From positions 2,150 through 66,149 of the forward strand of contig JBIOWB010000143.1 of NCBI GenBank assembly GCA_044868125.1: 64,000 bases of DNA. The letters are read 5' to 3'. Below the pieces are notes generated by a model. The model did no database searches. It was given only the letters and a program-made list of their open reading frames with translations, and was not told the DNA's origin. Shown one piece after another: positions 51,279-60,226 of the stretch; positions within the stretch are counted from its first letter, which is position 1; each line of letters opens with the position of its first letter. The position numbers were made by a program, and so were the translations under genes. The DNA comes from Solirubrobacterales bacterium (GTDB lineage: Bacteria > Actinomycetota > Thermoleophilia > Solirubrobacterales > 70-9).

Positions 51279-53324
51279 TCAAGCCCCCGTCGTCATCCCC
51301 TCGAGGTCGCGCCGCAGCTCCCGCAGCTCGTCGCGGATCCGCCCCGCCTCCTCGAAGCGGAGGTCGTCGGCCGCCGCCAGCATCTCCTCCTCCAGCGCCA
51401 CGATCGTCTTCTCCAGCTCCTCCGGGGAGGCGAACTCCTCGGCCCGTTTGCGCCGGCGCTTGCGCGGCGCCCGGTCCTCCATCGCCAGGAACTCGGCCAT
51501 CTCGCTGATCCCTTTGCGGACCGTCTCCGGCGTGATCCCGTGCTCCTTGTTGTAAGCGAGCTGGATCTCCCGGCGGCGGTCGGTCTCGCGCATCGCCGCC
51601 CGCATCGCCTCGGTCTCCTTGTCGGCGTACATCAGCACCCGGCCGTTGACGTTCCGCGCCGCCCGGCCGATCGTCTGCACGAGGCTGGTCTCGCCGCGGA
51701 GGAAGCCCTCCTTGTCGGCGTCGAGGATCGCCACCAGCGAGACCTCGGGCAGGTCGAGGCCCTCGCGCAGGAGGTTGACCCCGACGAGCACGTCGTACTC
51801 CCCCAGCCGCAGATCGCGGACGATCTGGATCCGCTCCAGCGTGTCGACCTCGGAGTGCAGGTAGCGCACCTTCACCCCATACTCGAGCAGGTAGGCGGTC
51901 AGGTCCTCGGCCATCTTCTTGGTCAGCGTCGTCACCAGCGTGCGGTCGCCTTCCTCGGCCACCTTCTTGACCTCGTTCATCAGGTCGTCGATCTGGTTCT
52001 TCGTCGCGCGCAGCTCGATCTCGGGGTCGACGATCCCGGTCGGGCGGACGATCTGCTCGACCGTGCGACTCGATTCTGCTTTCTCGAACGGTCCCGGCGT
52101 CGCCGAGACCATCACCAGCTGCTTGACCCGATCGAGGAACTCCTCGAACTTGAGCGGCCGGTTGTCGATCGCCGAGGGCAGCCGGAAGCCGTAATCGACC
52201 AGCGTCGTCTTCCGCGAGCGGTCGCCCTCGTACATGCCGCCGATCTGCGGGATCGTCTGGTGGGACTCGTCGACGAAGACGACGAAGTCGTCGGGGAAGT
52301 AGTCGATCAGGGTGTGCGGTGGGCTCCCCGCCGGGCGGCCGTCGAGGATCCGCGAGTAGTTCTCGATCCCCGAGGTGAAGCCGAGCTCCTTGATCATCTC
52401 GAGGTCGTACATCGTCCGCTGGCGCAGCCGGTGCGCCTCCAGCTGCTTGCCCTCGGCTTCCAGCTCGGCCGTCCGCGATTCAAGTTCGGCGCGGATCTCG
52501 TCCACGGCGCGATCGACCGTCTCGTCTTTGGTCACGTAGTGCGAGGCCGGCCAGACCGAGACGTGGTCGATCACGTCGAGCACCTCGCCGGTCAGGGGGT
52601 CGAAGTGCTGGATTCCCTCGATCTCGTCGCCGAAGAGGGCGATCCGATAGGCCGACTCGGCGTAGGAGGGCATGATCTCCAGCACCTCGCCGCGGACCCG
52701 GAAGGCGCCGCGCCCCAGCACCTGGTCGTTGCGCTGGTACTGCATCTTCACCAGCTTCCGCAGCACCTCGTCGCGGTCGATCTCCTCGCCGACCTTGAAC
52801 AGCTGCATTTTTTCGTTGTAGACCTGGGGCGAGCCGATCCCGTAGATGCAGGAGACCGAGGCGACGATGATCACGTCGCGACGGGCGAACAGCGCCGCGG
52901 TGGCGGCGTGGCGCGGGCGGTCGATCTCGTCGTTGATCGAAGAGTCCTTCTCGATGTAGAGGTCCTGGGCCGGGACGTAGGCCTCCGGCTGGTAATAGTC
53001 GTAGTAGGAGACGAAGTACTCGACCGAGTTCTCCGGGAAGAACTCGCGGAACTCGTTGCAGAGCTGCGCGGCAAGCGTCTTGTTGTGGGCGATCACCAGC
53101 GAAGGGCGCTGCACCTCGGCGATCGTCGCCGCCATCGTGAAGGTCTTGCCGGTGCCGGTGGCCCCGAGCAGGGTCTGAAAGCGGTCTCCCTCGCGCAACC
53201 CCTCGGCCAGCCCCGCGATCGCCTTCGGTTGGTCCGCCGTCGGCGAGTAGGCGGGGTTCAGCTTGAATTCCGGCACGATCAGAACATAGCTGGCGCCCAA
53301 CTCGTGGTTCGAAGCGGACGGCAT
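51279..53324 (-). CDS. uvrB: excinuclease ABC subunit B
   Basis: [18 protein letters not shown], the helicase motifs, and the C-terminal UVR domain. Confidence 0.95.
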   Translation of the reverse strand: MPSASNHELGASYVLIVPEFKLNPAYSPTADQPKAIAGLAEGLREGDRFQTLLGATGTGKTFTMAATIAEVQRPSLVIAHNKTLAAQLCNEFREFFPENSVEYFVSYYDYYQPEAYVPAQDLYIEKDSSINDEIDRPRHAATAALFARRDVIIVASVSCIYGIGSPQVYNEKMQLFKVGEEIDRDEVLRKLVKMQYQRNDQVLGRGAFRVRGEVLEIMPSYAESAYRIALFGDEIEGIQHFDPLTGEVLDVIDHVSVWPASHYVTKDETVDRAVDEIRAELESRTAELEAEGKQLEAHRLRQRTMYDLEMIKELGFTSGIENYSRILDGRPAGSPPHTLIDYFPDDFVVFVDESHQTIPQIGGMYEGDRSRKTTLVDYGFRLPSAIDNRPLKFEEFLDRVKQLVMVSATPGPFEKAESSRTVEQIVRPTGIVDPEIELRATKNQIDDLMNEVKKVAEEGDRTLVTTLTKKMAEDLTAYLLEYGVKVRYLHSEVDTLERIQIVRDLRLGEYDVLVGVNLLREGLDLPEVSLVAILDADKEGFLRGETSLVQTIGRAARNVNGRVLMYADKETEAMRAAMRETDRRREIQLAYNKEHGITPETVRKGISEMAEFLAMEDRAPRKRRRKRAEEFASPEELEKTIVALEEEMLAAADDLRFEEAGRIRDELRELRRDLEGMTTGA

Positions 53325-53362
53325 AGGTCCGCAAGGAACCGTGGAATGGGAGACTTCCGCCC

Positions 53363-53734
53363 GTGAGACTCTTGCGGGCGGCCTTGACCGCTTTCTTCGC
53401 CTTCACCGGGACGATGCATTTCCTGCGCCCGCGCTTCTTCGAAGCGATCGTGCCGCCGGCGATCGAGGCCCGGAAGAAGGAGGTCGTGGCGATCAGCGGC
53501 TACGCCGAGATCGCCGGTGCGGCGCTGGTCCTCCACCCCGCCTCGCGCGGCCTGGGCCGCTGGTGGCTGCTGGCGCTGCTGGTCGCGGTCTTTCCGGCCA
53601 ACGTCCACATGGCCGTCAACCCCGAGCAGATCCGCGGCCTCGACATGCGCAGGTTCCCGCGCTGGGCGCTCTGGGCACGTTTACCGCTGCAACCGCTGGC
53701 CATGCTCTGGGTTTGGCGGGCGACGCGCCGGTAG
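53363..53734 (+). CDS. DoxX-like family membrane protein
   Basis: [22 protein letters not shown]...[13 protein letters not shown]...[16 protein letters not shown] start with GGGAGA SD. Confidence 0.6.
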   Translation: MRLLRAALTAFFAFTGTMHFLRPRFFEAIVPPAIEARKKEVVAISGYAEIAGAALVLHPASRGLGRWWLLALLVAVFPANVHMAVNPEQIRGLDMRRFPRWALWARLPLQPLAMLWVWRATRR

Positions 53735-53784
53735 GAGCGAGTGGCGCACCTGCGTGGATTCACCACTACCTCCTTAGCTGCGAA

Positions 53785-53790
53785 TAGAGT
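53785..53790 (+). promoter_or_regulatory. candidate -10 box TAGAGT, 6 nt upstream of ATG 53797 (leaderless geometry)
   Basis: TAGAGTgcagacATG. The same hexamer occurs at XRE paralog 1. Confidence 0.4.
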
Positions 53791-53796
53791 GCAGAC

Positions 53797-54051
53797 ATGG
53801 ATAAACGCGATCGTTTTGCCGTGAACCTTCGTCGCGCTCGGGAGGCCGCCGGCATCTCGCAGGAAGTGCTGGCCGAGCGCTGCGAAGTCCACCGCACCGA
53901 GATCTCCCTGCTCGAGCGCGGCGGGCGCGAACCGCGCCTGGGCACGATGGTCAAGCTGGCTGTCGCCCTCGGCACCACTCCTGAAGCGCTCTGCTCCGGG
54001 ATTGGCTGGGACGCGAAAAAGCGGGATTACAAGATCGACGAGCCGGGATAG
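53797..54051 (+). CDS. XRE-family helix-turn-helix transcriptional regulator (paralog 2)
   Basis: FAVNLRRAREAAGISQEVLAERCEVHRTEISLLERGGREPRLGTMVKLAVAL. Confidence 0.8.
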   Translation: MDKRDRFAVNLRRAREAAGISQEVLAERCEVHRTEISLLERGGREPRLGTMVKLAVALGTTPEALCSGIGWDAKKRDYKIDEPG

Positions 54052-54147
54052 AAGGCGGGTGCCCTCTGCCGGAGACCGTACGTCTTAGAGGGACCCTCCG
54101 CTCCGGCAACTTGACCCAAAGCCTCCGTCAGAGGGGCACCCGCCTTC
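54051..54147. terminator. 18-bp long-range helix enclosing a structured 60-nt insert, filling the whole spacer between convergent genes
   Basis: GAAGGCGGGTGCCCTCTG (54051-54068) pairs with CAGAGGGGCACCCGCCTTC (54129-54147). Inner helix CCGGAG/CTCCGG (54069-54074 / 54101-54106). Confidence 0.5.
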
Positions 54148-54660
54148 TCAGGGCAGGAAGCGTTCGATGATGCTGCCGGCCGGTCCCAGGAATCCTTCTA
54201 TGTTGCTGAGGAGGCTTTTCGCGTCCTGGAGGATTTCGATTGCTTCTTCGAGGGGGATGTTGCGGAGGGTTGCGCGGAGGGGGACGGCGAGGATCGGGCT
54301 GAGGGCGCCGGCTTCTTCGGCGTCGTCGACCGCCCGCAGGAGTCCGGCGCGGATCGCCTGCGCCAGTTTTTCGTCGTCGATCCCGTACTTTGCGGTGAAG
54401 CGCTTGCGGCCTTCCGGCGTCGCCAACGCGCGCGCCAGCGCCTCCCGCGAGACCCCGAGCCTGCAGGCGGCGCCGTCGAGGGCCGAGATCGTGAACTGGT
54501 TGGCGATCTGGCCGAGGGTCTGAGGGTTGCTCCAGGGCCGCGGCTTGCAGGGGCTCTGGATCTGCTCCGGCTCATACGAGGAGCCACCTGCCGCGAGGTA
54601 GGCGCCGACAAGCAGCAGCGAGGCGACGATCGCGCCGATCACCAGCACCCGCCCTCTCAC
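54148..54660 (-). CDS. membrane-anchored hypothetical protein
   Basis: GTG 54660 overlaps the MFS stop (GTGA). VLVIGAIVASLLLVGAYLAAG anchor followed by a helical soluble domain. Confidence 0.55.
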   Translation of the reverse strand: MRGRVLVIGAIVASLLLVGAYLAAGGSSYEPEQIQSPCKPRPWSNPQTLGQIANQFTISALDGAACRLGVSREALARALATPEGRKRFTAKYGIDDEKLAQAIRAGLLRAVDDAEEAGALSPILAVPLRATLRNIPLEEAIEILQDAKSLLSNIEGFLGPAGSIIERFLP

Positions 54661-56027
54661 AGCTCCACCTCTTTCGAGAGCGCGATCGGAAACAGCGCGA
54701 TCAGGCCCAGCAGCGCCGCCAGGATGAAGGAGGTGCTGAAGGCATGGGTGGCGCCACGGTCGAGCTGATCCTGCAGTTCGCTCTGCAGCTGTGCGACTTC
54801 GGCCCGCTGGGTCGGGTCGTCCGGGAGAGGTTCGAAGGCCGGGCCGATCGTCGGCACCTTCCCCCGCTCGTCTTCCAGCCGCTCGCTGACCTTTTCGGCG
54901 AGGTCGAGCTTCAGCAGCGGGTTGATCGGGGAGTCGAGGATCACCGCGGTGCCGGCGTCGATCGCGTCGTGGCGCTGCTGGTCGATGTCGGCGGTGAAGA
55001 TCGGCGTCAGGGCCAGGAGGCCGATGACGACGCCGGCATGCCGGGCGGAGATCGTCCAGCCGCCGTGGATCGCCTGTGGGGCGCGGCCCCCGAGGGCGGT
55101 CTCGGTCAGCGCCGAGAGGACCAGCGAGAGGCCGAGCCCGACCAGGATCTGCGGCGGGATCGTCAGCGCGATCGTCGCCTTCGGCAGGAAGGCGAGGCCG
55201 GCGAGGCCACCGGAGACGAGGATCGCCCCGGCGGCGGCGCGCGAGCGCGCGTCCTCCACATACTCCACAAGCCTGGCGCCGACCAGAGCGGAGAGCGGCA
55301 TCACCGAGACGACGATCGCGGCGCTGATCGGGCTCAGGCGCCAGCCTTCGATCAGCAGCAGGACGAGCAGAAAGAGCGCCGCCGCGATCGCCGCCGAGAC
55401 CATCGCCAGCGCCAGGTTCGCCCAGAGGTGGGGGCGACCGGTGCGACGCAGCTCGGGCTCGATGACGCCCGTCGCCGCCTCGTGCCTCGCCACCGCGAGG
55501 ATCGGCACCGCCGCCGCCAGCGCCACCGGCACCTGCAGAAGGAAGATCGACTGCCAGGAGACGAGCTCGGTGAGGATGCCGCCGATCGCCGGTCCGAGCG
55601 CGGCGCCGGTCGCTCCCGCGGCCGCCCAGACCGTCGCCGCGCGCCGCTCGGAGCCGACCGTGGCCGGCAACAGCTCCAGCGCCGCGGTCACCGCGGCGGC
55701 GCCGCCCAGCGCCTGCACGCAACGGGCGAGGATCAGGGTCGAGAGGTCGTCGGCGAGGCCGCAGGCAAGTCCCGCCCCGGCGAAGACCGCGAGCCCGACC
55801 GCCGCCGTCCGCCCCGGCCCCACCCGCCGCGCCAGCAAGGCCGCCGGCACCGCGGCCAGCGCCATCACCAGGTTGAAGGAGACGAGGACCCAGGTGACGC
55901 CGGCGACGCTCGTGTTCAGTTCCCGGTAGATGTCCGGCAGGGCCAGGACGACGATCGAGGAATCGGCGAGGACCACCCCGACCGCGAGGGCCAGGGCGAC
56001 GACGCGGGGTCGGGGCGCGGCGTTAAT
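54657..56027 (-). CDS. MFS transporter (DHA2-like drug/H+ antiporter family)
   Basis: ADSSIVVLALPDIYRELNTSVAGVTWVLVSFNL and LARCVQALGGA. The ORF-track start 56201 overlaps the SLT gene by 180 nt. A full TM1 needs a start at ATT 56027 or CTG 55994; GTG 55976 truncates it. Confidence 0.75.
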   Translation of the reverse strand: MNAAPRPRVVALALAVGVVLADSSIVVLALPDIYRELNTSVAGVTWVLVSFNLVMALAAVPAALLARRVGPGRTAAVGLAVFAGAGLACGLADDLSTLILARCVQALGGAAAVTAALELLPATVGSERRAATVWAAAGATGAALGPAIGGILTELVSWQSIFLLQVPVALAAAVPILAVARHEAATGVIEPELRRTGRPHLWANLALAMVSAAIAAALFLLVLLLIEGWRLSPISAAIVVSVMPLSALVGARLVEYVEDARSRAAAGAILVSGGLAGLAFLPKATIALTIPPQILVGLGLSLVLSALTETALGGRAPQAIHGGWTISARHAGVVIGLLALTPIFTADIDQQRHDAIDAGTAVILDSPINPLLKLDLAEKVSERLEDERGKVPTIGPAFEPLPDDPTQRAEVAQLQSELQDQLDRGATHAFSTSFILAALLGLIALFPIALSKEVEL

Positions 56028-56604
56028 AGCCGAGCTCCTTCGCGTACTTGCGGTGGTATTCGTCCCGCTTTTCCAGCACCTCTTCGACGTAGGCGCGGGT
56101 TTCGGGGAAGGGAATGTCCTCGACCCGCAGGTCCGCCCCACCCCACCTGTCGGCGTTGCCGGGGCCGGCGTTGTACGCCGCCAGCGCCGCCGCCTCGTCA
56201 CCGTCGTAGCGGTCGAGCAGTTCGCGCAGGAGGAAGGTCCCGTAGCGGATGTTGATTTCGGGATCGGAGAGGTCGTCGAGCTCGAAGGTCGTGCCGCCGC
56301 TCTGCTTCTCGATGAACTTCGCGGCTTCCGGCGTGATCTGCATCAGCCCCCGCGCCCCCGCGCTCGATTCCGCGTCGCTGAACTTCGACTCCGAGTAGAT
56401 CACGGCGGCGATCAGGGCCGCGTCGACCCCCTTTTCGTCGGCCTGCTGGCGGATCACGTCCTCGTGGCGGAGCGGCAGGGTCAGCTCCCTGATCGCGTGG
56501 TCGAAGCTGCCGCTGGCGATCATGTAGGCGACGCCGAGCCCGGCGAGGACCGCGATTCCGCCGAAGGCCGCGCGGCGGCGGCGAGCTCGCACCTTCCGCC
56601 TCAT
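56023..56604 (-). CDS. lytic transglycosylase (SLT domain) with N-terminal membrane anchor
   Basis: AVIYSESKFSDAESSAGARGLMQITPEAA and AAYNAGPGN. Confidence 0.85.
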   Translation of the reverse strand: MRRKVRARRRRAAFGGIAVLAGLGVAYMIASGSFDHAIRELTLPLRHEDVIRQQADEKGVDAALIAAVIYSESKFSDAESSAGARGLMQITPEAAKFIEKQSGGTTFELDDLSDPEINIRYGTFLLRELLDRYDGDEAAALAAYNAGPGNADRWGGADLRVEDIPFPETRAYVEEVLEKRDEYHRKYAKELGY

Positions 56605-57182
56605 CGCCGCAGCTTCGCGAGCAGGGCGGACAGCGCCCGCTCGAGGTCCTCGACCGAGCCGTCGTTCTCGACCACGTGCTCGGCCCGCTCGGCCTTCTCC
56701 AGCTGGGTCAGCTGCCGTGCCTCGCGCTCGTCGACCAAGGCGTGGCCGCGGGCGGCGGCCCGCTCCCGCCGCACTTCGTCGGCGGTGACGACGGCGACGG
56801 TGGTGTCGAAGGCCTCGTCATTGCCGGCCTCGAACAGCAGCGGCACCTCGACCACGGCCACCTCGGTGTCCGCGGGCAGCGAGAGGAGCCAGGCCGCGGT
56901 CTTCCCCTGGACCAGTGGGTGGATCTGCCCCTCCAGCCAGCTCAGCTGCTCTGGATCGGCGAAGACGATTTCGCCGATCTTCGCCCGGTCGATGGTCCCG
57001 TCCGGTGCGACCTCCGGCCCCCAGCGCGCAATCAGGGTGGCCTGCAGCTCAGGGCTTTCCAGCAGTTCGTGGACGACCGCGTCGCTCGACAGCGTCGCCG
57101 CCCCCAGACGCGCGAAAGCTTCCAGCGCCTCCGTCTTACCGGCCGCGATGCCGCCGGTGAGGCCGATCTTCAGCGGCGCCAC
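56601..57182 (-). CDS. coaE: dephospho-CoA kinase
   Basis: IGLTGGIAAGKTE P-loop. 193 aa. Sits next to rpsA, as in many Actinobacteria. Confidence 0.9.
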   Translation of the reverse strand: MAPLKIGLTGGIAAGKTEALEAFARLGAATLSSDAVVHELLESPELQATLIARWGPEVAPDGTIDRAKIGEIVFADPEQLSWLEGQIHPLVQGKTAAWLLSLPADTEVAVVEVPLLFEAGNDEAFDTTVAVVTADEVRRERAAARGHALVDEREARQLTQLEKAERAEHVVENDGSVEDLERALSALLAKLRR

Positions 57183-57191
57183 AGGCGCCGC

Positions 57192-58625
57192 TCAGCTCTG
57201 CTCGGACTCGCCAGTCTGGGCGTCGTCGCCGGCAGCATCTGCCTCAGCCGCCGGAGCCTCTTCAACTGAAGCCTCCTCGGCGACCGGAGCCTCGGCCTCC
57301 TCGGCAGCCTGAGCGTCCGAACCCTGGTCCTCAGCAGCGTCCGAACCCTCAGCCTCCGCGGCCTCTCCAGCGGGTGGCGACGATGCGGGACTCTCGCCGT
57401 CAGGCGAGAGGGTCGTATCGGAGACAGGACCCGCTGGCTCGGCGCTCTGCCCCTCGGTCTCCGCGCCTTCAGCCTGAGCAATCTGCTCCCCCAGCCCGGC
57501 CATCGCCATGTTCTGCCCTTCGACCTGCTTGATGCTGAGCGAGAGGCGGCGCCGCTCTTCGTCGATCTCAAGGATCTTCACGTTCAGCTTCGACCCCGGC
57601 TCGACCACTTCGCTCGGGTTCTCGACGTGGTGGTCGGCGAGCTCGGAGATGTGGACCAGCCCCTCGACTCCCGGCAGGATTTCGACGAAGGCGCCGAAGG
57701 CGACGACCTTGGTCACCGTTCCCTCCAGCACGTCGCCGCCGCGGTGGGTGCTGATCACCCGCTGCCAGGGGTCCTCCTGGGTCTGCTTCAGACCGAGGGA
57801 GATGCGCTGGCGGTCGCGGTCGATGTCGAGGACTTTGATCCGCACCGTGTCGCCGATCGAGACGACCTCGGAGGGATGGTTCACATGGCTCCAGGAAAGC
57901 TCTGAGATGTGGATCAGGCCGTCGATCCCGTCGAGGTCGACGAAGGCGCCGAAGTCGACGATGTTCGAGATCTTGCCTTCGACGACCTGACCCGGCTCGA
58001 GGCGGCCGAGGATCTGCTCGCGGACCTCTTTGCGCTCCTCCTCCAGTACCGCGCGGCGCGAGAGGACGACGTTGTTGCGGCTGCGATTCAGCTCGATGAC
58101 TTTGCACTCGAGCGTCTGGCTCATGAACTCGTCGAGGTTGTGGACGCGGCGGATGTCGACCAGCGAGGCGGGCAGGAAGCCGCGCACCCCGAGATCGAGG
58201 ATGAGCCCGCCCTTGACGACCTCGATGACGCTGCCTTCGACCGGTTCGCCGGAGTCGGCGGCGATCTCGATGCGGCGCCAGGCCTTCTCGAAGCGGGCCC
58301 GCTTCTTGGAGAGGATCAGGCGGCCCTCGGCGTCCTCCTTGGTGAGGACCAGGGCGTCGATCTCCTCGCCCAGCTCCACCTCCTCGGCCGGGTCGACCGA
58401 CTTGCGGATCGAAAGCTCGTTGGACGGGATGACGCCCTCGGCCTTGTAGCCGATGTCGACCAGAACCTCGTCTTTGTCGATCCGGACGACCTTGCCGTTG
58501 ACGACGTCGCCCTCGTCGAAGGACACCATCGTCGCCGCGTAGTTGGGGACGATCTTGCCGTCGATCTGGAGCAGCAGGCCGCCGGAGCCCTCGACGGGGG
58601 TTGCGGTGGGCGCAGGGGCGGTCAT
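57192..58625 (-). CDS. rpsA: 30S ribosomal protein S1 with acidic C-terminal tail
   Basis: Four S1 repeats (GDVVNGKVVRIDKDEVLVDIGYKAEGVIP, GSVIEVVKGGLILDLG, GKISNIVDFGAFVDL, GTVTKVVAFGAFVEI). ATG 58625. Confidence 0.9.
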   Translation of the reverse strand: MTAPAPTATPVEGSGGLLLQIDGKIVPNYAATMVSFDEGDVVNGKVVRIDKDEVLVDIGYKAEGVIPSNELSIRKSVDPAEEVELGEEIDALVLTKEDAEGRLILSKKRARFEKAWRRIEIAADSGEPVEGSVIEVVKGGLILDLGVRGFLPASLVDIRRVHNLDEFMSQTLECKVIELNRSRNNVVLSRRAVLEEERKEVREQILGRLEPGQVVEGKISNIVDFGAFVDLDGIDGLIHISELSWSHVNHPSEVVSIGDTVRIKVLDIDRDRQRISLGLKQTQEDPWQRVISTHRGGDVLEGTVTKVVAFGAFVEILPGVEGLVHISELADHHVENPSEVVEPGSKLNVKILEIDEERRRLSLSIKQVEGQNMAMAGLGEQIAQAEGAETEGQSAEPAGPVSDTTLSPDGESPASSPPAGEAAEAEGSDAAEDQGSDAQAAEEAEAPVAEEASVEEAPAAEADAAGDDAQTGESEQS

Positions 58626-58672
58626 CAGGTCGGTCGCGGACACGGCGGCGAATAATGGCAGAATCGAGCTCG

Positions 58673-59875
58673 ATGCCGGTCCGAGCAACCAAGCGCGGCG
58701 ACGAGCGCACGCCACTGGACGGCAGCCACGACGTCCTGATATGCGGGGCGAGCTTCGCCGGACTGGCGATCGCACGCGAGCTCCGCGGCTGCGGCGCCGA
58801 CGTGATGATCGTCGACCGCTACGAGATCGGCGAGCGCCAGACCTCCGCCTGCGGCATCCCAACCGAGTGGCTGCGCCGGCTCGAGCTGATGGATTGCGAG
58901 CGCCAGCGCTTCGACACGCTGGTCATGCACACCCCCCACGGCGACGCCCGCTACCGGCTTCCCTGGACCTTCTCGACCTTCGACTACCGCGAGCTCTGCC
59001 AGCTGCTCTGGCGCGACTGCGACGCCCGCTTCGAGACCGCCAAGGTGAACGGGCGGGCGGTCGCCGCGGACGGCGACGGGGCGATCGGGATCGACACCGA
59101 CCGCGGCGTCCTCTCGGCGCCGCTGGTCGTCGACGCGCTCGGCTGGCGCCGCATGCTGGCCAACGGCGACGGCTTCCAGCCGCCCGACGCGCCGCTCTCG
59201 CGCGGCCTCGAGGTGCATCCGGAGGGCGGCGGCGAGGACCTCGAGATCTGGATCGACCGCCGCTACGTCCCCGCCGGCTACGGCTGGTCGTTCCCGGCCG
59301 GCGAGGAGACCCGGATCGGGATCGGCTCCTTCGACCCGCGCTTCCACGTCCGCGAGACGACCGAGCTGCTGGCCGAAGAGCTCGGTCGGGAAACGGTCCG
59401 CTACCAGGGCAACTGGATCCCCCACCAGCTGCGCCGCGCGACCGAGGGCGGCGTCTTCTTCGCCGGCGACTCGGCCGGGCACTGCCTGCCGCTCAGCGCC
59501 GAGGGGATCAGGACGGCGCTCTATTTCGGGATCGCCCTGGGGCGCGAGCTGCGCGGCGTCCTCGAGGGCCGCCAGAGCCGCGACCAGGCGGCCGCGACCT
59601 ACGCCGAGTTCAACGACTCGCACGAGTGGAAATTCCGCTGGCTGCTGCGGGTGCAGCGGCTGATCCCGCGAATCCCGCCCCGTCTGCTCGGGCCGGCGAT
59701 CCGGCTGATGGGCAGCAAGCGCTTCGTCGACTGGTCCTTCCGCCACTACCTGGAGATCGCCCCGCCGGGGTTCGTCGACTCAGCGGATGACCAGGAAGGT
59801 CCCGGCCAGCAGCAGGCCGACGCCGAGCAGGCGCTCCGGGCTGAGCGCGATCTGGTCAAGGCCGAACAGGCCTAG
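58673..59875 (+). CDS. FAD-dependent oxidoreductase (geranylgeranyl reductase-like family)
   Basis: HDVLICGASFAGLAIAREL dinucleotide fold and FAGDSAGHCLPLSAEGI. The start could also be ATG 58655. The 3' end overlaps the convergent DMT gene. Confidence 0.7.
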   Translation: MPVRATKRGDERTPLDGSHDVLICGASFAGLAIARELRGCGADVMIVDRYEIGERQTSACGIPTEWLRRLELMDCERQRFDTLVMHTPHGDARYRLPWTFSTFDYRELCQLLWRDCDARFETAKVNGRAVAADGDGAIGIDTDRGVLSAPLVVDALGWRRMLANGDGFQPPDAPLSRGLEVHPEGGGEDLEIWIDRRYVPAGYGWSFPAGEETRIGIGSFDPRFHVRETTELLAEELGRETVRYQGNWIPHQLRRATEGGVFFAGDSAGHCLPLSAEGIRTALYFGIALGRELRGVLEGRQSRDQAAATYAEFNDSHEWKFRWLLRVQRLIPRIPPRLLGPAIRLMGSKRFVDWSFRHYLEIAPPGFVDSADDQEGPGQQQADAEQALRAERDLVKAEQA

Positions 59876-60217
59876 TCGGTCGATCGCGACCGAGGCGATG
59901 AGCTGGCCGGAGACCGTCGCGGCGGCTACCCCGCCGGCCCCGATCGCCGCCACCGCGAGCAGCGCGGTGGTGACGTAGACGGCCCCGAGCAGGCCGCCGA
60001 GCAGGTAGTACCAGCTGACGTCGAAGGCCGAGCCGAGGCCGCCGGCCTTGCCGCTGAGGACGACGATCGCCGTCAGGGCAACCGAGCCGACCGCGAAGGA
60101 GACCAGCGCCGCCGGCAGGCTGCCGGTCGCCTTGCCGAGCCCCGAGTTGATCGGCGCCTGCAGGGCGATCAGCCCTCCCGCCACCGCGGTCAGGAGCACG
60201 GCCAGGCCTCGGTCCAC
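59780..60217 (-). CDS. DMT-superfamily small membrane protein (DUF606 / YdcZ-like)
   Basis: 145 aa, 4-5 TM, LIALQAPINSGLGK motif. Confidence 0.7.
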   Translation of the reverse strand: MDRGLAVLLTAVAGGLIALQAPINSGLGKATGSLPAALVSFAVGSVALTAIVVLSGKAGGLGSAFDVSWYYLLGGLLGAVYVTTALLAVAAIGAGGVAAATVSGQLIASVAIDRLGLFGLDQIALSPERLLGVGLLLAGTFLVIR

Positions 60218-60226
60218 GCCCTCCCC

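Noticed and set aside
59780-59875. 96-nt convergent overlap of the FAD oxidoreductase 3' end with the DMT gene. A similar 56-nt overlap occurs at 39563-39618.
   Set aside because: The overlapping tails (DSADDQEGPGQQQADAEQ...) look like fortuitous stop-free antisense of a TM-coding region. I see no evidence for a functional antisense arrangement.
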